DNA from: Lytechinus pictus
Taxonomy: Eukaryota
Assembly (NCBI RefSeq): GCF_037042905.1
Contig: NC_087250.1
Location: forward strand, 15,626,001-15,690,000
Length of the DNA stretch: 64,000 nt
Direction: 5' to 3'
A program made the translations under genes and the position numbers. Positions 27,101 through 39,100 of the stretch are shown here, piece by piece. Every line of letters starts with the position of its first letter. Position 1 is the first letter of the stretch. Under the pieces are notes generated by a model. The model was not told the DNA's origin. It worked only from the letters and a program-made list of their open reading frames with translations, and did not search any database.

Positions 27101-30100
27101 CTGGTTGAAACAATCACTGACCGGACCTCACAGGAGATAGCTGACTGGCAAGAAGCGGACAAAGACATACGTCCTATCTACACGGCCAAGAAGCTTGACA
27201 ACAAGCCTAATCGAGATGAAACTTGCACATGGTCCTTGGCTTCTAGACGTCTTGTGGAATATTGGGATGCCTTAGAACTGAAAGAAGGAGTGCTTTTCCG
27301 ACGATGGGAATCAAATGACGGCAAAATGATCACGTGGCAGTTAGTCGTGCCCAGGAAAATGGTACCAGAAGTAGTACAGCTTGTCCATGCTGCAAAGTTA
27401 TCAGGGCACTTTGGCCTTTCCAAGTGCTTGGGTCGTGCAAGGCGGAAATACTTTTGGGTCGGCATGACTGCTGACCTTCGTTCAGCTTTACGCCAATGTG
27501 ATGTCTGTGCCAGGCGAAAACTCCCTACCAGGACTCGGAGAGCACCACTCCAGCAAAGAATAAGTGGCTATCCTATGGAAAGAGTAGCAGTGGACATCCT
27601 TGGACCACTACCAGAAATTACTGAGGGCAACAAATATGTTGTAGTAGTCGGTGATTATTTCACCAAATGGGTGGAAGCGTTTCCTGTACCAAATGAGAAA
27701 GCCAAGACTGTTGCAGAGAAGTTAGTGGAAGAATTCTTTTGTAGATTTGGGGTGCCCAGATATCTACACTCTGATCAGGGACGCAACTTCGAATCCGAAG
27801 TATTTGGTGAAGTCTGCAAGTTGATGGGGATATCCAAAACCAGAACAACCCCCTACAACCCAAAGTCAGATGGAATGATAGAGAGGTATAACCGTACCCT
27901 GATTGACACCATAGCACCCATGCTAGACCCAGCAGCTCACCAGAGGGACTGGGACAAATACCTTGCTTTTGCCACTGCTGCATACAGGAGCTGCCCACAG
28001 GAATCTACAGGTGAAACGCCCAGTATGATGATGATGGGGCGTGAAGTCGTTCTACCACCTGATCTTGCAATTCCACCAATACCAGGCACCACTGAAGATC
28101 TGGACACAGACTACGCCTTGAAGCTTCGTGAGATCATGAGAAATGTTCATGAAAAGGCTCGGGACTCTCTGAAAGAGGCAGCTAGTCGCCAGAAGCAACA
28201 CTATGACAAAGCAACTGAATCAGTCCAATTTCACCCTGGAGAGTTTGTGTGGATGAGGAAGAAGACTAGAGAGAAAGGACTCGCACCAAAGCTCCAACCC
28301 AGATGGCTTGGACCATACTTGGTCGTCACTAAACTTTCTGATGTGACTTTTCGCTTGCAACTTTCTCCAAGATCACACCCAATTATTGTCCAGGCAGATC
28401 GACTCAAACCATACACTGGTGCAGCAAGAGACGTGTGGCAGTACGACTCCTCCGCCTCCAGACCACCAGACCACCAATAAGAGCTAGTGTTGGGGACGCT
28501 GATTAGCAAATTGTTGCAAAAACACTAAGGCCTCCATGATTTTAGGCCACATAGAAAGACCAAAAAAAAAAATAAATATTGAGCTGAATAATGAGACGAA
28601 TCCTAATGATTTAAAGGGAAAACTGTTGTGACATGTTTTTTAATCACCTTTCTCACGAGCTAATTTCCTTTATGTCTCAACAGAAACATGTCTTCCGATA
28701 AGCAGGAACAAGATGATAGACGCACTACAACCCGTCGTTACCAGTGTGAATCTTGTGACAAGACTTATGAAAAAAAGAGTCTCTTCAAAGACACAAGAGA
28801 GAAATCCATATCAAGAAGTTCCGCTGCAATGAATGCGATTACCGGACTGGGAGGAAAGCCGAGATTGAGCGCCATCAAGCGGCTCATGCTACAGCTATAG
28901 CTCAAGAGAGAAAGCACAGCTTTACGCGTGTCTACTCGCCAAGATGTAAACCTTCTTCGACAACAACGAAAGCCAGTGAGAAGGAAGATTCTAATTGGCG
29001 TCTTGTTCGTATGGACCCTATGCCGCCGCATCGGGAAGACAAGGATCCATGACTGAGTCGATCTCTTATGAGGTCACCACGTCGCTCTGACTCTCGCTCA
29101 CCACGTCGGGCAGAACGTGCTAGTTCGGCTCGTCACTCCCGTTCCCGATCACCAAGACGGAGGTCCAGGACACCACAAAAGGACATGCCTAAATCATCCG
29201 TTCCAGATTCTCCAAAGTCTCCTCAACCTCACCGATCAGAAGTGTCTCCACGGCATGGTCAGAATTCTACCCCTGAACCAGAGGAGGAGCTGGACTATGA
29301 TGAGAGGTCGCCTTCACCGCTTGATTTGAGATACGCTTCTAGGAAAGTGGTGTCGGAGATGCCGTCTACCAGTGACTGGATAGAATGCACTGGTAAGGAT
29401 GCTGAAACGCAGACTGACAACCCTCGCCAGAGAATTCAGGCAATCTTACAAGAGATGAGAGCCGGCGGATCAGAAGAGGTGACCCTGAACAAGTCAACCG
29501 ACACATTCCAGATTCCCCCAGGTGTCATCTTTGTTCGTACCATGGAACGTTACATCACTAAGGAAGGAGAACTGTTAGAAGTAGTGACAGAGGAACTCAA
29601 GAAGAAAGAGTCGTCTTGAACAGTATCTCTCGTGTTCTTTGGAGTTGTGTTGTTAATACAAGTTCACTATAAGAAGGCATGTCATCATGTACCTTGGACA
29701 TTATTTTTCATGCCGCATAGTTTTAGAGTTTTCTTTGGACTTTAGCTGTTGTGTTTTGTTGAACCTGAACATAAGTGTTTTTAGGACTCCTTTATCCGTT
29801 TTTGTGTGTGGAGAAAAGACACAATGGACAGCAATTCCGTCACAATATATTGTCACGAAATAGGTTTTATTTCGTGTTAGAAAATAATCTTTGGTTGATT
29901 TATAATGTTTTTGTAGTAGCTGGTGATATTACATGCGTGTTTCTACACTAATAATGACGTAGATAAGAACATGAAAGTTATGCATGTTTTGAACCGTTTT
30001 TGTGGAATAACAATTTCCTGGAGATGTTTAACTGATTATTGTGGTTATCACTAGCTTGGTCTAGATAAATGCTTTAAGTTGATATGTCATTCATGCATAT

Positions 30101-33100
30101 CCAGTTTTAGAGAGCAAAGTTATAGCTGTTCTAAGATTGTAACAGAGGTTAACTATAACAGATATTGTATAATTAATGCATAAGTACAGTAAGTTGGTGT
30201 ATTCGTGAGGCTTCGCTGATGATCTGTTAAAATACGGCGCCCACGGGGTGCATTGCACGTAAAGTAGGCAGATCGATTTGGATTCGCTATCCAATAAATA
30301 AAGTTGGTGGATGCGATCGAAATGATTCATATGATCGTTCGCATGTCTTTCCACGGAGAAACCTAGGATGGATTTCTAGTCCTAGGCGACGACTGTGGTT
30401 AGATTTCCTTGTGTGTTGGGTCTTTTGCACGCCAGCAAGAGACTATACCAGGGCTTGCTCTTTTGGTAGTCTGGTTGGTCTGGAGGCGGACGGTTCGGAG
30501 TCTGGAGTAGACGGCTGGTGGTCCGGAGCAGACAGGTTGGTCTGAAGCGGATGGTTGCTGGTCTGAAGCAGACGGTCGGAGGTCTGGAGCAGACAACAGG
30601 AAAACTACAAGTAGAGCAGAGCCAATGGGTGTGGTCGTGAGAGCCTGACTGCAGAAGGACCCATACATATGGTCGAAGAACCAGACGTAGTTTCCGGTAC
30701 TGAACCGACGTGGTTGCAGTACGGAATCAGACGTGCATGGTTACGGTACTGAACAGACGTGGTTGCAGTACGGAATCAGACGTGCATGGTTGCTGTACTG
30801 AACAGACCTGGTTGCAGTACGGGATCAGACGTGGTTGCAGTACGGAGCAGACGTGGTCGCTGTACTGAACAGACGTAGTAATTGGTCGTAAGCAGACGAC
30901 CGAGGAAATTACCAGAGTCCATAGGTATGGTCGTGGGAGCTTGACTACGGAGAAACCCATACCTATGGTCGAGATAGCTTAACTACAGGAATCAGATGCA
31001 TATGGTCGAGAGAGCTTAACTACACAAGCTAGATGCATATGGTCGGGTGAACTGTTGGAGCTGACAACAAAGAGTGTAGCCGTCTGGATGTTGCCTGGTG
31101 GTGGTACTGACAGGATCGAGGCGTGTGCAAGTGTCAACTGCAGCAGTATATCTCTGCCAAACGGATCCGCGACTTAAAGTTTGGAAATCGACGTGGCAAA
31201 AGCACCCGCCGGCGGCAGGCATCCTGACAAGAGCGAGCTGCCGGCGGACCACCCAACCACCCCGCCCAGCGATTCCGTCACAATATATATATATATATAT
31301 ATATGGGAAATTCAATAAAATTTGTACATCCGACCCCATGTATGTGAGACCTTCATGAAATTTTCTGGTTCACATGACAGTCTTTAATGTTCTCAAATGA
31401 CCATGACTTGGTCAATTTTTAAATGAAGTAAGAATTTAACAAAATGGGGGTTGGACATACAAAATGGTTGAATATTTTATGGAATTGCCCATATACACTG
31501 TATATACTTACACAAATATTTATTAACAAAGCAACATACATCACAAATACAAGACACGTTTGCGATGGAACGACATCAAGGAGCAGACGTGAAATACCAT
31601 AAAATGAACTTCATTAAATTCTAAATCTTCTTTCTTTTACATGATGAGAAATTATTACTTTTTATTTGATTGGAGTTGGATGATACTATCTGTCATATTT
31701 ACCATTTGACTGCTCATCCATTGAGTACTGCAGGACAAAGTAGCCACTGTTTCTCCAGAATTCAAAATCACGGAAAAAAGTATCTCCGACGTGAGAATTA
31801 AAGGCAAACTGAAATATCCTCAACTACAAATAAAAATATAGAAATAGGAGGCGTAACAATAAAAGGCATAACAAAATTTCCTGAACGACATGTACAAATG
31901 AAAATGTAGAAATAAAGAGGCATAAAAAAGACATAACGAAATACCCTGAACTACAAATGAAAGCATAGAAATAATAAGCGAAATGTGAATCAAAGTCACT
32001 AAGACATTGGTTAGCATTACAAAGGTATTAAAAAAAAACTTTGGTGTTTTAATTTATTTAATATTGTTTATATGCATGAAAAACAATTAGAAATAAATCT
32101 AATGTGTTACCCCCGGGTATTAAAGCAGTTCTGAAAGTATTCAACATTTTGTAAGTGTATGCATGCATGTTGATCCAAAATTGCCCCAAAACGTGTATGC
32201 ATGTGACAATGGCCCATATTCTGAAGTCAAGTTTAAATTAAACCCTGGTTTAAAGTTGTGGTTAACCCTATCTTAACTGGGCTATTTCGGACCAATATAC
32301 TGGAGTGGGTCAATATGACCCCCCCCCTCAGATCTCGGCCGCTGATTACGCGATTGCCACGAAAATTTGCACACGCGTAGAGCCGGATGTAAACTACAAG
32401 ACTGTATAGAAAATTCTTCAAAATATTAATTGTTTATATTTTTTTATTAATTAATTATGCAAATAAGCGTATGAAATTTACCCTAAATTTGGTTTTTTGT
32501 GTATGTTTTTGCCTTAAACTCAATTTATATAGCTAGAAGAATGCTTATTTTTGGTGGGAGTATCAATTATTACATTTGCAACTAATATCTACAAAAAATT
32601 GCAAAAATATGATTAATTTCTTATGTATTTTATTATTTTTTAAATTCTTATGTATTTCTTTGTTTTTTCAAACCTTTGTTTTTTCCGATGAACTTTGTCA
32701 GGGACCCTTTTGCGATCATAAATAGCATAAAATGAATCCATTAAAACCAACAAAAGTGAAAATAATCATACATTTATGATTTTTGGTTGATAAACACAAT
32801 TTGCATTGACTTTGTACATGGAATCACGTTTTTGAGCAATTTCGGGTCTGACATGCACTTACAAAATGTTGCGTAATTTCGGAACCACGTACCCGGGCGT
32901 CGCAAATTTGGTCTAAAAAGATGCGCAAGACTTGAAAGTAAAAAGTCAGTGAACGGTGCGGTAAAAAAATTTGGCGCGACGGCATAGTGACAAAATTTGT
33001 CGAGGGGGGGGGGGTCAAATTGACCCCCCAGTTTAATAAGGGTTAAACTATGGAGAGCCAAATGGGACACAAATCCCTAACAGTATACATCCAATTCATT

Positions 33101-36100
33101 AAATCAAATGACTCTCAAATGACAATTATCTGGGAATGATAACTGGACAAGCAGTATTCTCCCGAGGCAGTAATCTAAATATAACCCAGGTAGTATATTG
33201 TTTTATGTCCTCATGAAAGAAAAATACATCTTGAAGTAAAACTTTTTGAAAATATGACATTTTAGCCATTGTATGTATTGGAATACAGCATGAAAGAGTA
33301 GTCCTAGCCTTACATCACTACGACATCACATATCCGCGGCCAATTAGAAGACTCCATGGGTATAGCGACCAGTATCCGATATTGTTCAAACTGTCACATA
33401 TCGACTTGTCTTGTTTTTTCTTTTTCCTCTAAAACAAGGTTTTATTTGGGTAGGATTCCCCTTTAAAAGAGCAGAAAATAGTACCTCATCAATTTTTCCT
33501 CTGAAGAGTTCACCTGAGGCTCCTTTGCCGAGGTACAGATGAGAGCCAGGAGGCTATATAGAAGTAAATGGATATCAGCATAATTAAACAGGAAGTTCAC
33601 CCTGACAAAAAGTTTATTGTAAAAATAGCACGACAATGAAAAAAATCCATAAAAGAATGTAGAAGTTATTAGAATTTGAATTATTTGATTTGTGACGTTA
33701 TATGCGAGCAGCATTCCTACATAGCGAATGGTAAATAAAATCAATGAAATGTCATTTTCTCAGAAAATTGAAAATGGTTTTTACTCTACCTTTCGTATAT
33801 CAGTTGACAAATAATTTCACACCCGATCATGAAAAGATAACAAAACCAAGTCATCAGGGACCATAAAAAAGTGAAATTCATGCATTATATATATCACATA
33901 TCGGGCAGCTGCTCGTACGACATCACATATCCAAACTTTGTCATTCTCATAACTTTCTTAATCTTTAGTTTAATGGATTTTCGTCAAACCTTTGCCAATA
34001 TTTTTTATTATTTTTTCTGCTATTTTTACAACTAACTTTTTTTCAGAGTGAACTTCACCGTTAAAGCCCATCTTCAACTTTGGTATTAAGGGTCAATAAT
34101 GTGAACGATATCATTGAACATGACAATATGATAACAGAATAGTAGTAGTGATTGAATGGATTTTGGTACCATAAGAATTAACCTCATATTCATAATTTTC
34201 ATTTATAATTTTTGCTAACAAGTTAGATAATAATATTCAAATATTTTTAAATAAAATATTAAAGTTAAGCACAATTCTAACCAAATGAAGGATTGTAAAT
34301 TTTAAAATGGGTCAAGCCGCTAGAAATGACATACTACAGTGCGTATCAAAAAACAGTTTACACTTAGAAAAAATCCTGTATATTTATACATTTGTAATAT
34401 CCTGAAGATTTTTCCACATGTTAACATTGGTAAAGATCCATTTAAGCAAATGACGATATATCTGTTGAAAAATATTTATGCTTGAGTGAGAACCACTTAC
34501 TTTTGAAAAGTTAGTGAAAAAGGATTTGCAAAGAACTTTGAAATAGTTATGCGAATATAAATAGACGTTAATCATGAAGAACACGTGGAATTTAGCTAGT
34601 AAAATTGATTTGAAGATACCTTTTTTAACTTGTTTCCTTCCCCAAAACACTTTGAAGAGTACATTGCGCCCTACCCCTCTCCCCAAACACCGAGGCCATT
34701 GTGATAATATTTGCTTTACACTGAGCTGTGATGTACATGAAATGGCTTAGGCTTGATTTTCATGTTTTTAATCATTGTATAGCTTGGAAAAATTGTGGAG
34801 AAACAAGTATGAAATGAAAAATGAAATGTAAATCTACTTTAAATGATAATACTTAGTGAAAAATGCTGGAGATATCTGATATAAACTCAGATCCAGCTGG
34901 CACAAAAAAGGTAAAGGTTGTGCTTACTAAGTGTGGGAATTTCAATTTGGGTGGCAAAAATTAATACAAAATGCTTGAATGTATCCGTTTTTATTTCAAT
35001 TGACTAAAAGTGCAAGGGAAATGTATGAGAAATGTTTCGCAGGGTAAGTTTGATTTAGCCCTTTCCCCTTGACACAGCGTGAAAACAAGCATTTCTGCGC
35101 AAACAAATTTCTGCGAGCTTTACAAAAATGGACAGTGCTCACTCAAGTGTAACATTCTGTCAAAACTTTTACTTTCATTGGATAGATGAGACCAAACCCA
35201 AGATTATATGTGAAAAATTTACCAACATGTATATTTTTTAATTCCAGGGCTTTTTCAAAGTGTAAACTTTTTTTTTGATACCCACTGTATAATAGCCTGC
35301 TCCATGGAATTCCAGAAAAGGATATTTCAAAGCTGCAGAGAATTCAAAACTCTGCAGCAAGTCTAGTTTCCCTCACTAAAAAACATGACCACATGACACC
35401 TACTCTTAAACAATTGCACTGGCTCCCGATCAAATTTGGTTGTATTCCAAATATCACATTGTTCAGACCCAATTTAAAGACTAATCTCATAAAGAGAGCC
35501 CAATCAACATAGCCCCATTAACAGTGTCCTCAATATTTTCAATTTTTTGTTTAATTTCTAATTCAATTTTGTTTGTATATTACATATGTTCTACATTTAA
35601 TTTTAGCGCTTTGATACGGATTTCATGAAAAGCGCTATATAAGACTAGGTTATTATATTAAAAAACAAATACATAATTGTTGTATCAACAAAGAGTGCTA
35701 GAAAGCAGAGATAGCACAAGGGGGGGGGGCAGGGGGCGAACACATGTAACTTTTCAGGTAATGATAATATTGGACAAAAATAAGGAGAATAAGAAAATAT
35801 TATAAAAAAGGAATGAAAGTATGAAAAGAGAGAGGTCTTGCCATATAAATTCTTTATGAGTTCTCCTTTAGGTCGGTCATATAGCCCACAATCCACATAT
35901 ACCCTCACAGATATAACTAACAAGCGAAAAGCTCAATAAGATCTTTAAAGGAGAATGAAACCCTTAAAACCAGCTGAATCCATATCAAAGAGAAAAATCA
36001 AAGAAACATATTGTTGAAAGTTTGAGGAAGATTGAATGAATAATAAGAAAGTTATGAGCATTTAAATATTGAGATCACTAATGCCATGTAGTTCCTCCCA

Positions 36101-39100
36101 TTGGCAATGCGACCAAGATCTGTGATGTCACACACGTACAACTCCCTCATTACTTTAGTACTTATTTCACTTATATTCTCACTTTTATAGAGTCTTTCAC
36201 AAGGTGAGGTGTTCTCTTTATGAGAGGACAAGTACAGAGGTTTCATAACATTATATCATTGATGAATCGTTTGTCATATGATTAGAATGAGCAAAAAGAG
36301 ATGTTTTGGGGTATATTTTCAGTGTCCAAAAGGGGAGAGTTGTTCATCTGTGACATCATAGATCTTGGTCGCATTGCCAATAGGAGGATCTCCATAGCAT
36401 TAGTGATCTCGACATTCAAATGCTCATAACTCTTCTATTGCTAGTCCTATTTTACTCAAACTTTTGTTGATCTTATTCTTTGATTTTTCTGCTTTCACAA
36501 AAGCTAACTTGCTCCAAGAGTTTCATTTTCCTTTAAAGGACAAGTCCACCCTAACAGAAAGTTGATTAATAGAAAGAGAATAATCCAACGAGCTTAGCAC
36601 TGAAAATTTCTTCAAATTCGGATGTGAAATATGAAAGTTATGACATTTAAAGTTTCGCTTAATTTCACAAAACAGTTATATGCACATCTCGGTCGGTATG
36701 CAAATGAGGAGACTGACGTCATCCAGGAGAATGACGTCATCCACTCACTATTTCTTTTGTATTTTATTATAGGAAATATTCTAATTTTCTCCTCATTTTC
36801 AATCCTCCCTGCACATGTGGAATTTGCACTATTTTAATACTACATGTATATGGTTCAGTCAAGTTGGTCCTTAATTATTGTCAAATATGTAAAAATTGAA
36901 ATATTGTATAATACAAACAACAAATAAAAGAAATAATATGTGAGGGACATCATGCACTGTCTAATTTGCATGTCACTGAATTGTGCATATGGGCAATTCC
37001 ATAGGTTGGTGGACATGAGCTCAATGTGTCTTTGTACTGTATAGCCCATCTGAACCGTAACGTGAGTAACCACTTTATCTGCACCCCTAGTAAAAACCAT
37101 GTGTTCTTTATTTTTGAATTATATACAAAGTTTGTCTCCCTAATATACTTCTTTGAAATGTAAATAATCAACTTTCATAAAAGCCTTGTATGAGGACACT
37201 TTTCACTTATGTCGACTTTTCATTTTATGCATGTCCAAATCATGTACCATGACTAACCGACACATTTCAAAGATTTGCCAGGAGCATAATAAAATTTCCC
37301 AAGTTTTGTTTTTATACAAAGGATAGTCAGACTGCGTACTATGTTGTGATAAAGAGATGTTTACTTCCTATCAATAATAATGGAGTTACAGCTCCAAGTA
37401 TGAGTCAAGGTGTCTCCAAATGTAACGTGAGTAACCGTGGAATAGCCCATATCACTGTTGTGTGAAAAATAAGCTATGCTTTAAAATGTCATAACTTTCT
37501 TATTTTACATCTGATTTAGATGAAATTTGTTGGATTTTTCTCTTTTTTTAAATTCAAATCAACTTTTTGTTGGGGTGGACTTGTCCTTTAAATAAGCAAC
37601 TAGATAGTTGCTAGCCCGGACTTAACTTGCAGCATGCTTTGATTTCTATAAGGGTACACTGTAAATTGGGTGTTAAAACTGACGCCAGTTGGTGTCCTTT
37701 GAGGACCACACCCTGAGGTGTTGAAATTACACCCTAGACTAGAGATTGAACATAACACCAAAGAGTTTTAACAGTAACAAAGGTTATATTGACACCCAAA
37801 TTTAACACCATAGTAAACTGACTATGTACACTAATCAAACACCACACCATTTTTTAAAGGGTGTTGAGCCAATGGGTACTTAACATTGTGACTGGTATGT
37901 TCCTATACGTACACCAATCAAACACCACGTTTTCATAGGGGTGTTGAGCCAACACTGGAATTCAAGACTGGACTAAAATAACCTGTGCAGTCCTCAATCT
38001 ATGTACACCAATCAAACACCAATTGAAGGTTTTTGCAGTGTTAATTTACCCATTGGTTATGAGCACTGATGATAGCATCTGGAGTCGGTGGTGAATATTC
38101 CCCTTCAATGTAAATTGTGAGCTTCCCTGCATGATAAAAAAACACACATCAACACCAAAGGGGGTAAATAGGTAATGTAGATATAAAGAGAATAACTGTT
38201 ATATGACACCTAGATAGATCCTTGTCATTTGTTTGATATCGATCCTTCAGCCCATTTTACAATGACGTCATCAACCGTGCAATTTTGTATCCATACAATT
38301 TTGTCCATTGCACGTGTACACCTGCACCGAGACAGCAGGTAACACAAAACGACTCGCTTTTGAAGCGCGCATGTTGTATGTACATGATAATCAGCAGACC
38401 GAGCTTGCACTGAATATTTTGCATCGAAACTCATCAATTTCAAATGAAAAGAATCAATTTTTAGGTGTCATATAAACCAAATAATGTTCTTTTCATTCGT
38501 GCAATGGACAGAATACTTCATTCGGTGAAAGATGAAATGAATGGATCATTTCATCTTTCACCTCATTCTGTCCATTGATTTGATTTGATTTATTCATTTC
38601 CACATTCCAATAACAAAAGTATAAACAAGTGTAATAATTTTTTTCTCAGCATAAAATCAGCATAAAATAACGATAAGCAAATGACATAATGAATAACATA
38701 ATTATGCATACATACATTCTAACAATCCAATTGAAATATATTTATACCTGATAATTTTTGTTTTATTATTAAAACAAATAGCAGAATATATATATATATA
38801 TATCGACATAATACATTTCGAAATGTGGGAGACCTCCATCTTAAGCTTAGAGCTTTAAATTGATAAAGCCTCAAAAGGAGAGGGGAAAGAAAACCAGACA
38901 AACAGTGCAATAAAAGAGACTTATCTTTAATTGCACAAATTAATAGGAATATTACCAAAAAAGTGGATCGGGAAAGACAAATTCTAATGCACTCATGAAT
39001 ATTCATTATTCGTATACTATCTCATGTTCAGTGATATTCACCCCCTCAAGTATGTTTGATTACCAGGGAAGAGGGGGGGGGGGAACTTCCATTGACGAGT

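Larger units (their letters stand above)
21135..31282 (+). mobile_element. Ty3/Gypsy LTR retrotransposon, defective, three LTRs, in the last intron of the thrombospondin-like gene (antisense to it)
   Basis: TG...CA LTRs, PBS, domain order gag-PR-RT-RNaseH-IN, flanked by (TA)n. Confidence 0.96.

Noticed and set aside
28688..29619. ORF3 as an envelope gene
   Set aside because: No signal peptide, hydrophobic fusion or transmembrane segment; it has zinc fingers and an RS-rich region instead.
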